Source: Octopus sinensis (lineage: Eukaryota). Taken from it: a stretch of DNA of 64,000 nt. The stretch is taken from the NCBI RefSeq assembly GCF_006345805.1, contig NC_043000.1, positions 22,196,001-22,260,000 on the forward strand, in the 5' to 3' direction. Under the pieces are notes generated by a model. The model searched no databases. It saw nothing but the letters and a program-made list of their open reading frames with translations, and was not told the DNA's origin. Shown here piece by piece: positions 39,714-52,700 of this stretch; position 1 is the first letter of the stretch, and each line of letters opens with the position of its first letter. A program made the position numbers and the translations under genes.

Positions 39714-40248
39714 TGGACAAAGTAATTCTCCCCCAACATTAAGCACCTCTGACTTGGCATTGTCTTCTAATGGTAACAACCACCTTTGGTTTTCTCTTCT
39801 TCCCTCTGTCTTTCTTCCTGATGAACAACAGTTGTAATACAATGCTAATTGTGTTTGCTAATTTGTTCTGTAAGGTACACGTTAACAGCTATTTAGTGGT
39901 CAGGTTTTAATTTCATCTCAAACTATTAAGATAGCTATTAACATTCACAAAAAAAAATTTTTTTTGAATTAACCTTTTCAACTAAAATGTGGAGGGTGAG
40001 TTTGAAATGTAAAAAGAAGACCGTTTTCCTCCTTTGTACAGTACAAAATATTGAGAGAGAAAAATGTCCTCTCTACACCACATCTTTCCCATCATAGGCT
40101 CCAAAAAAAATTCACAATGAAAAAAATGTGCATACATAGACATTATTAAATATAGAGTGGGTCGAGGCTTGAGCAGAAAACTGGACTGGACTAATTTTAT
40201 TTATATTTTTTTTTTTTATGATGACAAACAGTATTGACAGAATGTGAG

Positions 40249-40404
40249 AATAAAATTTCTTGTTGAGTATGCTGAGTTCAAAATGAGAAATCTCACTTAA
40301 AAAAAAAAAAAAAAAAAAAAAGTTAAACTCTTGCTTCTCAATTAGTATGCAGTGGAAACCATACTAATACAGGTACAGTACGATAAAATTAAAATGTTAA
40401 TAAA
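40249..40404 (+). terminator. Candidate polyadenylation signals for the distal 3'UTR (AATAAA at 40249 and 40399)
   Basis: Two AATAAA hexamers; the second is followed by U/GU-rich sequence. A genomic A23 run at 40299-40321 could cause internal priming. Confidence 0.5.
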
Positions 40405-41224
40405 ACACTTGTACATGAAGTTTATCACATTCACATTTTCCTTTTTTTTTTCCCCCTCCTGTTGTTGTTGTTAAGGTGGTGAGCTTATAGACAAAATGCT
40501 TGGTGACAGTTTGCTTCCAGCTCTTTATATTCTGGGTTCGAATTCACCAAGACCAATTTTCCTTTTTGTCCTTTTAGGGTTGCTATAATCGACTTAACTC
40601 TTCCCTACAAAATTCCGGGCGTTGTGCCAAAATTATTACTGCTGCTGCTGTTATTGAGGCGATCTGGCAAAAATACTTAGCAACATTTTGTCCATCTTTG
40701 CATTCCGAGTTCAAATCCTGCCAAAGTTGGCTTTGCCTATCATTCTTTTGATGTTGATAAAGAAAGTACTAGTTGAGCACTGAGGTGGATGTAATTGGAC
40801 ACCCTCCCCCTCGAAATTGCTGGCTTTGTGCCGAAATTTAAAACCATTATTATTATTATTAAGGCAGTGTGCTAGCAGAATTGTTAGCACTTCAAACAAA
40901 ATGCATAGTAGCATTTAGTCTGATTCTTTATGTTGTGAGTTCAAATACTGATGAGCTCAATCTTTACCTTTCATCTTTTCAGGGTCGATAAAATAGATAC
41001 GAGTTTAGTACTAGGGTTGATGTAATTGGGTCCTTCTGCTCTAAGATTGCTAGCCTTGTGCCAAAATTTGAAAGAATTCTTGTGTGTGTATTGTATTTAT
41101 TTGTATATATTTTTTTTAAACAATAAAACTGAACTTTGTTTTTAATAACATTATTTGAACAGGAAGAAAAGAAAGTAAACACATTAAAACTACTGTTCTA
41201 TATTTAAGAGATGAGGAATTATAT

Positions 41225-41683
41225 ACATTATTTTCATTTGACATATTTGTCTTCATCTTGTTTGTTAGCACAATGTTTTGGCTGATATACCTTCCAGCCT
41301 TCATCAGGTGTCTTGGGGAAATTTTGAACCTGGGTTCTCATTTCTAAGGTATTTTTCGATGTTGTTGTTATTATTCAGGTTACTGCTTGGAATCGAACTC
41401 AGAATCTTGGGGTTAGTAGCCCGCGCTCTTAACCACTACACTATATGCCCATGGACATATGGTGTAGTGGTTTAGAGAGTGGGCTACTAACCCTAAGATT
41501 CTGGGTTCGATTCCAGGCAGTGACCTGAATAATAATAATAATAATATTGAAAAATACCTTAGGAATGAGAACCCAGGTTCAAAATTTCCCCAAGACACCT
41601 GATGAAGGCTGGAGGGTATATCAGCCAAAACATTGTGCTAACAAACAAGATGAGGACAAATATCTGTCAAATGTAAGTAATGT
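41225..41683. mobile_element. Head-to-head palindrome of a tRNA-derived SINE with a hammerhead-like 3' tail
   Basis: Arms of about 225 bp centred at 41451/41452. A box TGGTGTAGTGG 41460-41470, B box GGTTCGATTCC 41504-41514. CTGATGA core at 41599, mirrored at 41301-41307. Confidence 0.85.
41594..41639 (+). ncRNA. Degenerate minimal hammerhead ribozyme motif (mirror copy 41267-41312, minus strand)
   Basis: GACAC-CUGAUGA-A-GGCUG(loop)CAGCC-AAAACAU-U-GUGCU; differs from a functional GAAACGU core by two CpG-to-CpA changes. Confidence 0.55.
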
Positions 41684-41687
41684 GCAT

Positions 41688-41827
<140 letters not shown>

Positions 41828-42619
41828 AAAAAGTGTGGTGGAGATTAAGCAGCAGATGGGCGGGGGGTGGGTAGCAGGTTGTATACTTCAGAATAAGTGG
41901 CATATTTAGCTGCACCTTGCAGACATTTGCAAAGGTGTTGCTGTGGAGAATGGCTAATGACACTCACTGCAGCAGTCACTCCATTTCGTGGGGCTCATTT
42001 CTCAGGTGGGCTGCAGTTATCCTGATTTTATGGAGGAAATCAGCTCTTTGGGGTCTAAAAACACCCAATTCTTGGTGACTGGCACAAACTGATGGCAGCC
42101 GGTCAGATTCCTGTACTTGTGTACACCAATTTTGGTGGAACTGAAAAATGTCAGAAAAATATATCTTGTATATGTATAAATAAGCTCTGACTTTTCTTAA
42201 GAGTCATCTATGGGGAAGGCAGTATAATTATAAATGAAACTAGCAATAACAGGAAATGTAAACCTCATTGTTAACACCACACCCATAAAACTTGGCTTCA
42301 CTGAATTACTAAAGTGAATAAGTAAATGCTTCAGAATAATTGGATCATGCTTCACTTTCTAACTTGTTTTATCTTTCATCATTTGTTTCAAAATGGAATC
42401 TCCGACACTCTATAAGAGACCATAGTCATTATTACAACTGCTTTTGATCTTGACTACATTTGTCTCTGGGTATACTTGCATCTCGATTCATAATTACTTT
42501 ATTTATTTATTTATTTTGCACAAACTTAGAAGTAAATTGCATTTTTGTTTATTTTTTATGAATTACTTGTATTCGTATTTGGTTTGCAAGATTCTTGATG
42601 AGAATTTGTGTATTGGATG

Positions 42620-42849
42620 AAATACTATTGAGCCTTGGGAGGGGCATTATGCCAGTAATAATAAACACACGCACTGGTTCGGTCCTTTATTAGTATTGTT
42701 AGTTGATGGGTTAGTTACTCCGCTAACAAATCTAACAGCTTATTGATAGATTTGTTAGTGGATTAACTAACAATAGCAATAAAGGACCGAACCAGTGCAT
42801 GTGTTTATTATTCCCGGCATAATGCCTCACCCAAGGTTCAATAGTATTT
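42620..42849. repeat. About 230-bp palindromic (fold-back / MITE-like) element
   Basis: aaatactattgagccttggg...cactggttcggtcctttatt mirrored by aataaaggaccgaaccagtg...cccaaggttcaatagtattt. Confidence 0.85.
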
Positions 42850-44462
42850 ATGTCTTCTGTTAACAATTACTAGTGTAATAAAATTAACTGGTTTTAATGA
42901 GGTGACTGATAAATGAAAACAGCAACCTCTTTCTAATCATTTACTTGTGCATTGTCGTTGCCAGTACCGCCTGACTGGCACGTAAATGCACCCACTACAC
43001 TCTCGGAGTGGTTGTCGTTAGGAAGGGCATCCAGCTGTAGAAACTCTGCCAGATGAAGATTGAAGCCTGGTGCAGTCATCTGGTTCACGAGCCCTTGGTC
43101 AAATCGTCCAGCCCATGCCAGCATGGAAAGCGGACGTTAAACGATGATGATGGTGATTTTGGTTATGTGTTATCATAGAGTAGATGTTTAAGGAAAGATT
43201 CTTTTAACCTTTTGTTTCATCTTGTACGGTGGCTTTTGATCCAGGGGATTGTGAATTTTCTTAAAAATGAAAGTATCAAAAAAAATTACTTATGCAATTT
43301 ATATATCATTATTTAACGTCCATTTACCATGCTGGCATGGGTTGGATGGTTTGACAGGAGCTGGCAAAGCAGAGATCTGCACTATACTCCAGTTGTCTGT
43401 TGTGGCATGGTTTCTATGACTAGATGCCTTTCCTAATGCCAACCATTTTATAAAGGGTAATGGGTGCTTTTTACATGGCAATGTATATGTCATTTAATTT
43501 ATTAAAATTGTGTCATAAGATTAAAGGTATGTGTTTTTGTAGCAATGTCTAACCAATATAGTAAAACTTTGGTGTTACTGTTTTGCATTTTGTTTCTGGA
43601 CCATTCTGAGGTTAGTTAAGATAGTCCAAAACTGAACTCTCTCTTTTTTTTTAAAATTTTATTTTTTTAAAATCTTTTACTTTTGTGTCATAAGATTGCA
43701 GCCATGGTGGGACACCATCTTTAAAAATATTTTTAGTCGAATGAATTGGTATTTATTCTAACACACCAATACCGGTTAGTAATGGTGGAAGACAGGCACA
43801 AAGATGCACACGCATACCAATACACATGCGACGAGCTTTGTTTCCGTCTTCCAAACCCACCCAAGGCTTCGGTCAGCCTGCTGCTGCTGTAGTAGAAGAC
43901 ATTTGCCCAAGGTGCCACACAGTGGGACTGAACCTCAAACCATGTGGTTGGAAAGAAAACTCTTTGCCACACCTGTACCTATCTATATACATGTGAAATG
44001 GAGATGTGTGTTAGAATGTATCTTTCGCATATATAATGTGTGTGTGGCTATGATTAAACAGTTTGCTTCCCCATTGCTTAGTTTAGGCTTTGTTCCACTA
44101 CATGGCACCTTGGGCAAGAAGTGTCTTCTACTATAAGCTCTGGGCTGATCAAAGTCTTGTTAGTGGGTTTGGTTCTATCACATATATATAATATATATAT
44201 ATATATATTTTCTATCTCAGGATGGCCATTTTGCCAATAACACAAAAACAAAATTATACACACACACACACACACACAAGTGATGACAAAAGAATAACCG
44301 ATCTTCTTATTAGTGCTCAGTCCAGAAACATACATTTTAAACCAGGATATTAATATCGCAGTGCTTAAGCGATATAAATATATATTATATAATGTACTTT
44401 CTGTGATAGAAAATTCAACAAGAAAAGTACTCCACCTGGTGAGATAAATATTATTTATTTAA

Positions 44463-44691
44463 AGGACACAATTAATTTCTTTGAGTGTTACTAATAGTTT
44501 TTTATGTTACGAAATATCTAACATGTTCATCAGGCACAAACCACATATAACGAACTAAAAAAAAAATTGAATTACAAACACGAAAAAAAAAAACAGAGTA
44601 GGCAGCATATAGGTTTGGGCCTGATGAATATGTTCGATATATTTCTCAACATATGAAACTATTAGTAGCACTTAAAGACGTATTGTGTCCT
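44463..44691. repeat. About 229-bp palindromic element with a hammerhead motif in each arm
   Basis: aggacacaat...ttcatcaggcacaaacc mirrored by ggtttgggcctgatgaa...attgtgtcct. Confidence 0.85.
44617..44671 (+). ncRNA. Type I minimal hammerhead ribozyme motif with intact catalytic core
   Basis: GGGC-CUGAUGA-AUAUGUU/AACAUAU (7-bp stem II)-GAAA-CUAUUAGU-A-GCAC; GUA cleavage triplet, near-palindromic stem III; stem I has one mismatch. Confidence 0.6.
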
Positions 44692-44694
44692 TTA

Positions 44695-44730
<36 letters not shown>

Positions 44731-45779
44731 GCTAATATCGAGCTGAATGAGTTAGTAAGCTTGATAAGTGTTAAGAGATTTAACTGCATGAAACCATTGG
44801 TTGCTTTGTTAACCTACAAATAAAGTGTGTGTATATATATATATATATATAGTAAAATATGGAAAATTTCTAACATTCTTTGAAAATCTGTATACTGATC
44901 TAAAATCTAATTAATTTCTGTCTGCAATTGTCATGTTTTATTCAATATTTTCAACATTTCAATTTCATTAAAAAAAAATGCGGTATGAAAAGTAGTTATG
45001 AATTATGACCAGTTTTTTTAATGCTGTTAAATTAAAAAGTTATGTATTATTTTAATTTACCCAAGTGTTGTATATTAAAATCGATTTTACTAATTTCTCC
45101 TGCGAGAATATTCTTAGGCACTGGCATGGCTGTGTGGTCAAGTTCACTTCGGTTTTAGATTTAGTCCTACCTGCGCGGGACCTCGGGCAATTGTCCATCC
45201 TTGGGCATTCCGAAGCCATGTGAGTGAATTTGGTGGATGGAAATTGAAAACAGCTCATCGTGTGTGTGGACAGTGTGTTGGTATAGCTTTCCAAAACTCC
45301 GTAGCTTAACGTTTCAGAAAAATCCATACAATAAATACCAGACTTAAGAATAAGTCGTTTTGAATAACTGAAGCAAGTAAAACATGATTAAGGACACCCG
45401 AATAAATCCTGTAGCAATGACGAAAGTAATTCTCTAAGGGTTTTTTCCCCCTTCATTCTTAACTGGAAATTTGTCTGCTATAACTGCTTTCCTGTCGAAC
45501 ATTGTGAAGGCATGTAGCTTAGTGGTTTTGGTACTCGGCTCACGATCTTAAAACTGTGAGTTCGATTTCCGGCAGCATATGTCCTTGAGCAATACACTTT
45601 ATTTCACATTGCTCCAGTGCGCTCAGCTGGTGAAAATGAGTTGCACTTGTTATTCGTAGGGCCATCCTCGTCACGCTGTATCTCCTTGAACAAACTACAT
45701 TTCGAGTGCGGGTGTTTGTGGATTTGGTAGACGGAAACTGAAAGACGCCCTTCGTATATATATATATCGAAATCGAATT

Positions 45780-46090
45780 GAACCAGCCAGGATCCCTGGT
45801 CTGGTGGTACGTAAAAAGCACTATCCGACTCGTGGCCGATGCCAGCGCCGCCTCGACTGGCTTCCGTGTCGGTGGCACGTAAAATACACCAATCCGACCG
45901 TGGCCGTTGCCAGCCTCGCTTGGCACCTGTGCAGGTGGCACGTAAAAAGCACCCACTACACTCAGTGGTTGGCGTTAGGAAGGGCATCCAGCTGTAGATA
46001 AGACTGGAGCCTAGTGCAGGCTTCCTAGATCCCCGGTCGAACTGTCCAACCCATGCTAGCATGGAGAACGGACGTTAAACGATGATAATG
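45780..46090 (-). mobile_element. High-copy interspersed repeat with internal tandem subunits (other copies 21745-21990, 42945-43155, 43300-43480, 48020-48200)
   Basis: Shared catcatcgtttaacgtcc...catgctagcatggg...cagctggatgcccttcctaacgccaacc core; gtggcacgtaaaa subrepeats. Confidence 0.75.
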
Positions 46091-47093
46091 ATATATATAT
46101 ATATATGTTTGTGTGTCTGTGTTTGTCACCCCAACATCGCTTGACAACCGAAACTGGTGTGTTTACGTTCCCGTAACTTAGCGGTTCGGCAGATAGATAG
46201 GTACTAGGCTTTTGCTCGACTAAAGGCGGTGCCCCAGTATGACCACAGTTAAATGACTGAAACAAGTAAAAGAGTAAATAATGAAATTAAATTATTTTGG
46301 AAAATTCTAAAGTGATCTCATAACGAATTCTTTTCGCTTACTCAGATTGTGTAATTCTTCACCATTGTTGGCTACTTTGAATGCAACGGCCTATTGCGGG
46401 TTTTTTTTTTTTTTTTTCTTCTATAAATATGTATTTTCATGAAAGATACCCAATACTGTGTATTGGAAACAAGAACTGGTCAGCTGTCTTAGATTTTGAA
46501 TAATAAAAAAAAACCTGTGTGGCAAGAAGATTTGTTTTTCAACCACATGGTTTGTGATATCTTGGGCGAGTGTTTTATATTCTAATATCCTTGGGTGACC
46601 AAAGCCTTGTGAGTGGATTTGGGAGACGGAAACTCAAAGAAGTCTGTGGTGTGTGTGTGTCTTTTTGTCTTCGTTCATGACAACCGGTGTTAGTGTGTTT
46701 ACGTCCCCGTAATGTAGTTCGGCTAAAGAATAATAGAATAAGTACTAGGCTTAAAAGAAATAAAAGTCGATTCATTCGACTAAAAATTCTTCGAGGTGTT
46801 CCCAGCATGGCCGCAGTCTAATGACAGTAAAAGATGGAAGATTAAACGCGGAATAGTTTTTGAGTGCTACATTCAGCGAATGTATGTTTGTATATTTATA
46901 CGTACAGCAGCTATGATCTTTGTACCGATTGATATAAGGTCGTTTTTCAAAAATGGTTTTATTTATAAATTACGTAGGTTTGAACCATCTGGCATATTTT
47001 GCTAAATTCTTTGGTTGTTTGTAAGTCATGGCGTGCACGTAGAAAGGCGATAATCTGAACAGTAACGTATCTGTCTATTATTAATACGTTCTG

Positions 47094-47418
47094 TCGAGGG
47101 CGCGTGGCTTAGTGGTTTGGGCACTCGGCTCATGATCGTAAGGTTGTGAGTTCGATTCCCGGCGACGCGTTGTGTCCTTGAGCAAGACACTTTATTTCAC
47201 GTTGCTCCAGTCCACTCAGCTGGCAAAAATGAGTTGTACTTGTATTTCAAAGGGTCAGCCTTGTCACTCTCTGTGTCACGCTGATTATCCCCGAGAACTA
47301 CGTTAAGGGTACACGTGTCTGTGGAATGCTCAGCCATCTGCACGTTAATTTCACGAGCAAGCTGTTCCGTTGATCGTATCAGCTGGGACCCTCGTCGTCG
47401 TAACCGGCGGAGTCTTTA
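47094..47418 (+). mobile_element. Full-length tRNA-derived SINE with 11-bp TSD
   Basis: A box GTGGCTTAGTGG, B box GAGTTCGATTCC, central gtgtccttgagcaagacacttt block; AATACGTTCTG at 47083-47093 and 47419-47429. Confidence 0.85.
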
Positions 47419-49371
47419 AATACGTTCTGGCAGGATTGGAACATGATCGTCTAAAATGGGGAGGGTCTCCGGTAACGAGAAACAACAGGGATCAGATTAT
47501 TCACGTTTGAATCTACCTAAACGTATTAAGAATGAATCGATACATTTGTCGTTTGTCTATTTTGGAAAATGCAATAAGCCAGATTTTCCACTGGTGTTCA
47601 TAGATTTTCTGAATAACCCTCTCTCTCTTTCGGAGAGGCACAAGCACCTACACGCACATATACACACAGGGCAGTAACTTCCGCCTACCGAATTCAATCA
47701 CAAAGCTTCGGTTGACCCGGGACTATAGCAGAAGACACTTGCCCTAAGTGCCACGCGGTGGGATTGAACCCGAAACCATGTAGCTAGGAAGCAAGCTCCC
47801 TAACCGCACAGCCAGATTTTCTGAATAACGAAAGTGCTATATAGGAAAATTAAAACCGGCACTCCGTCGGTTACGACGACGAGGGTTTCAGTTGATCAGA
47901 TCAACGGAACGGCTTCGTGAAATTAACGTGCAAGTGGCCGATGCGTGCATACATTTCACGTAGTTCTCATGGAGATTCAATGTCGCAGAGAATGTAACAA
48001 TGCTGGTCCTTTGAAATCATCGTCATGGTTTAACATCCGCTTTTCATGCTGGCATGGGTTTGACGGTTTGACTGAGGGCTGGCAAGCCAGAAGGCTGCAC
48101 CAGTCTCCAATCCAATCTGGCAAAGTTTCCTCGAATGGTGCTTTTTACGTTCCATTGGCACAAGTGCCAATCAGGCGGTACTGTCATCGGCCACGACAAC
48201 GACTTCACATGCCTTAACAGGTCTTCGCTATTCGTTTTAGTCAACTGAGTAGATTGGAGCAAAGTGTCTTGCTCAAGGATACAGTGCGCCGCTGGAAATA
48301 GAACACATGACCTTACGATCATCAGCCGCTTACGCTAATCACTAAGCCACGCGCCTCCGCAGACAAGAAAATTCCCAAGGATATTTAGCTGCAATACTGT
48401 TATGTAGAGATAGCTGCATATAATTTTTTTAATTAATTTAACTTGTTTATCATTAAACCGCGACCAGGCTGGGGCAGCACCTTAAAGAATTTTTAGTCGA
48501 ATGAATGGACCCCAGTTTTTTTTTTTTAAGCCTGTTGGTCATTATTGCCGAACCGTTAAGTTACGGGCACGTAAACTCAAAACTAGTTGTCAAGCAATGG
48601 TGGAGGACAAAGACACCTGTGTATGTATATATATATATGTGACGGGCTTCTTTCAGTTTCCGTCTACCAAAACCACTCACAAGTCTTTGGTCAGCCCAAG
48701 CCCATAGCAGAAAATACTTGCCTGAGGTGCTACGCAGTGGGACTGAACCAAGAACCATGTGGTTGAGAAGCAAACTTCTTACGACACACCCACGCTATGT
48801 AGTTTTGTTTTATGGTAAAAGTTTACTGCGGAATGTTATTTGAAAAAGTGTTTATAATTTGTATGTTTGAGATTTGAATATATAATTACTTAATTTACAT
48901 AGTTAATTAGAAACAGCTTGGCACAAGTAACTAGCAAACTGAGTTTGAATTCCACTTATAGAAATTGTGATATTTCCTTTATATATATTAACTGAACCTA
49001 ATCGCTTAAAACCATCTCACAATGTGGTTAATTACCTATTTCTTTATTACCCACAAGGGGCTAAACACAGAGGGGCAAACAAGGACAGACATAGGTATTA
49101 AGTCGATTACATCGACCCCAGTGCGTAACTGGTACTTAATTTATCGACCCCGAAAGGATGAAAGGCAAAGTCGACCTCGGCATATATATATAATTATATA
49201 ATGTTAATTACCTTCCCAACCATGTGGTCACGGGTTTAGCCCCTCTTCGCACAGGCACTTTGGGCAAGTCTCTTCTACTACAGCCTCGGGTTGATCAAAA
49301 CCATGTGAGGGGATTTGGTAAACGAAAGTGAAAGGTCTCTAGGTGTGTGCGTGTATATTTTAGATGTTTAC

Positions 49372-49599
49372 TAGAAGCAACAGAGAGATTCAAGGACTGA
49401 GATTTTCGAGCGTTAGCACCTACCAAACTAGTTACAAATCAAGAAGTTATAAATTTATATACCAGCGATAATGGTATTTTTCTGGATAGTTCTGAAACAA
49501 ATACACTGGTATATAAATATTTAACCCCTTCATCTGTAACTAGTTTGATCAGTGCTGATGTACGAAACTGTCGGCTTTTGAGTCACTCTGTTGCTTCTA
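49372..49599. repeat. About 228-bp palindromic element
   Basis: tagaagcaacagag...aaactagttaca...tataccag mirrored by ctggtata...tgtaactagttt...ctctgttgcttcta. Confidence 0.8.
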
Positions 49600-49625
49600 T
49601 TGAATATTAAAAATATGTATATATA

Positions 49626-49790
49626 TAGGCGTAGGAGTGGCTGTGTGGTAAGTAGCTTGCTTACCAACCGCATGGTTTCGGGTTCAGTCCCACTGCGTGG
49701 CACCTTCGGCTAGTGTCTTCTACTGTAGCCTCGGGCCGATCAAAGCCTTGTGCGTGGATTTGGTAGACGGAAACTGAAAGAAGCCCGTCG
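49626..49790 (+). mobile_element. tRNA-derived SINE, second family (many copies, e.g. 48640-48790, 43850-43980, 36340-36460, 56940-57100)
   Basis: gtggctgtgtggtaag A-box-like and ggttcagtccc B-box-like motifs, followed by a conserved ggcaagtgtcttctactatagc...ggatttggtagacggaaactgaaagaagcccgtc body. Confidence 0.75.
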
Positions 49791-52700
49791 TATATATATA
49801 TATATATATATATTTCTTTACTACCCACAAGGGGCTAAACAAGGACAGACAAAGGGATTAAGTCGATTACATCGACCCCAGTGCGAAACTGGTACTTTAT
49901 TTATCGACTCCGAAAGGATGAAAGGCAAAGTCGACCTCGGCGGAATTTGAACTCAGAACGTAACGACAGATGAAATACCGCTAAGCATTTCGCCCGGCGC
50001 GCTAACGTTTCTGCCTGCTCGCCGTCGTATATATATATGTGTTTGTGTGTCTGTTTGTCCCCCAACATCACTTGACAACCGATGCTGGTGTGTTTACGTC
50101 CCCGTAACCTAGCGGTTCGGCAAAAGAGACCGATAAAATAAGTACTAGGCTTACAAACAATAAGCCCTGGGGTCGATTTGCTCGATCGACTAAAGGTGGT
50201 GCTCCAGCATGGCCGCAGTCAAATGACTGAAACAAGCAAAAAAGAGTATACTTATGTTTTGAGTGCCATTTTTCCTGTTTACATGCCCTCCCCACCTCCC
50301 CGACCAATGTAATTTAGGAAAACGAAACAATAAAAAGAAAAAAAATGGAAGAATTTGTGTGTATATTTAATTTTATTCCACCTCCTCGACAATGTTTAAG
50401 TTCATTACTGGCATTACTTTATTTAATTGCTTACTGGATGATGTATGGATATATAGAAGCTCTTTCTATTGTCTCCTTTTCTCAGAAGTATTTTAAACCT
50501 GGTAACTTTGCTTGTTTGTAACCGGAAAGGAATCTAGCATCAACTGAAAGACGTGTTAAAAAAATATGCAGCTGTTAGAACTTTCTAAATATGATTCAAA
50601 TTCCTTGCTGCTAGTCTAGTTATATAATCATGTAATACAATTGTCTATGTTCTTACTTTTGCATTTCTTTATTTCACCTTCTGCTGATAATATTTACTTC
50701 CTTCCTACGCAGCCTAGCTAGATAGGAAGAACCTAGGAATATGAAGAAAACTTTAAAATAAATCTTGAAACGGGAAGAGACAACATAAACACGAGCGGCA
50801 TCCTCATGATGCTAATTCTAGCATTTTCTTGTACTGAAGCTTAGCAATGATGTAGACGGGCAATGTGTTGTGTTGGATAAATAACTGTTAACTCATCACA
50901 ATCTGTCCAACTGAGAAAGGAAATCCTATTATAATATTTTTACTAACTTGAAGAATTCATACAAAAGTTGAAATCCATCATGTGATGAATAATAATATAT
51001 GTTTATATTTTATACACATGATTTCTCTCTCTGTCAATTATTTAATAATAGCTATTGTGTCAATTACATAGCTGATATTGTTACTGTTTGAGTGTGGAAG
51101 GACTGGTTGTCGATGCAACCAAAATTATTTTTCCATTACGTAGTAATTGTTTTATAGTACTAACTAAAGCATCCTTGAAATTTTAATCTCTTTGAAATAT
51201 GAATGCACTTGAATGTGTCAAACATGACTGTACACGAATATTTTTTTTATTGGACGCTGCTTCCTGCAGCATCATTTATTTAATTCAAGCTTGACTAAGA
51301 TTTACAGACACCAACGTACTTACCATATGCTGTTTTAAAAGGAATAATTTTATTCTCATCGGGCTATGAGTGACAGAGTTGGTTTTCGTCGCTGACGAAG
51401 CGAGAAAACGCGGAAACGCATGTGTTTTACGATCCAATGGCGTCGTTCACAGCCCAGAAATGTATCTTCACACATGTCTAAAAGCAGACTTTTCTCTCCT
51501 GACTATTTCCCCAGCGGAATGTCTTATCACGTCCGAATGTACTTGAACACGTCAAATATGACTTTACAAAAATATTTGTTCTTTTTTTTTTTCTGTCCTT
51601 AAATTTCAATTTTCATAGCAAGTGTCCAATAATGGTCCTGTTATAGTTCCGTTCTGATTAAAGACGGGAGGTGTGAATAGTTAACATCAACTATTACAGT
51701 TTTTTGTTGAATAACGCAAGCAAAAATATCGAGTTACAGTCAGAATTGGTTTGCTTCACGCAAGTATGAGTTCATCTCGTGTAATCTATTTCTGATTACA
51801 GCGATTAATATTTCCACAGCAACAGGTACGTATAACATAAACTATAGAATGTAAATCTAGGTTAATTTTGTATCGACATCCTCAGTATCATGAAAATAGT
51901 TAAGAGCTAAATTTTATTTGGTGAAGTGAAAAAATATCGTTTAAAATGTAATTTTTGAGAATCTTCTTAATCTCTTCTCTATTTATTCCGCCACTTATTA
52001 ATCCAAACGATGACATAGTTGTTAGTATTTTTATCCTTTCTGTAAATTTGGCTTTTAAGATGTAAGTTTTAACTCCGGATGCTATATAAGCCTGAGATTT
52101 TATCCGCAAGAAATTGTAAAGAAAGTATATGTTCCATAAGGTGGTGGTTTGAAGTTATGTACTGAATGACAAGTGCAAAAATACTTTTCAGGTGAAATTT
52201 TCCTCTTAGTTGAAGAAAGAAAACTAAAACCTAGTGGAAAATGTTAGCGACTTTCTCAAAGAAAAAGAAATAACTTTCATAAATTAAGAATGAAGGCCAA
52301 TCTATGCAGGCAAGAAAGAGCTTCTCTGTTATTGGACATTACTTGTATAGTTTAACCAGACGTGCTTCGAGCAGGTTTTAACACAATGAAAAATAGTTAC
52401 GAAGAATTTGGGCCAGTACAAGTTTGAATAATTGATAATCAAAGTGAACCCCTGAAGATAACAAAAGTAGATATTTAGGCGTCTCCCATCCAAACAGTCT
52501 CAGGTTCAGTCACTGCATGGCACCTTGGGAAAGTGTTTTCTACTATTGTTCCATGTCAACCAAAGTTTTGCGAGTAAATTTGGTAGATGGAAACTGTAAG
52601 AAGCCCATCGTGTAAATAAATATATACGTCGCCTTGTCTTGACATGGTGTGATAGTTGTAAATAAGTGTTATTTCCAGTATTCTGCGAGAATATGATTGG

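Noticed and set aside
40299-40321. A23 run as a retrocopy poly(A) tail or the true mRNA end
   Set aside because: No TSD or processed-gene body; it is a genomic A run that could mis-prime oligo-dT
41453-41526. tRNA gene (and other tRNA-like heads at 47098, 49626, 54010)
   Set aside because: A and B boxes are present but the acceptor stems do not pair and each continues into a repeat body; these are SINE heads
44459-44695. Kolobok/T2-type MITE with TTAA TSD and AGG termini
   Set aside because: TTAA is self-complementary, so it appears at both ends of any palindrome that includes it; the hammerhead content favours a Penelope-derived origin. Not fully excluded.
45540-46062. 138-aa and 152-aa minus-strand ORFs
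   Set aside because: They lie wholly within nested high-copy repeats; similar peptides recur from other copies
51388-51425. Hammerhead-like CTGACGA..GAAAC motif
   Set aside because: No stem I, a G at the cleavage position and an extra G before GAAA; too degenerate to call
51616-52349. Tc1/mariner-like element from a gtccaataa / ttattggac inverted match
   Set aside because: The match is short and gapped and no transposase remnant was recognised
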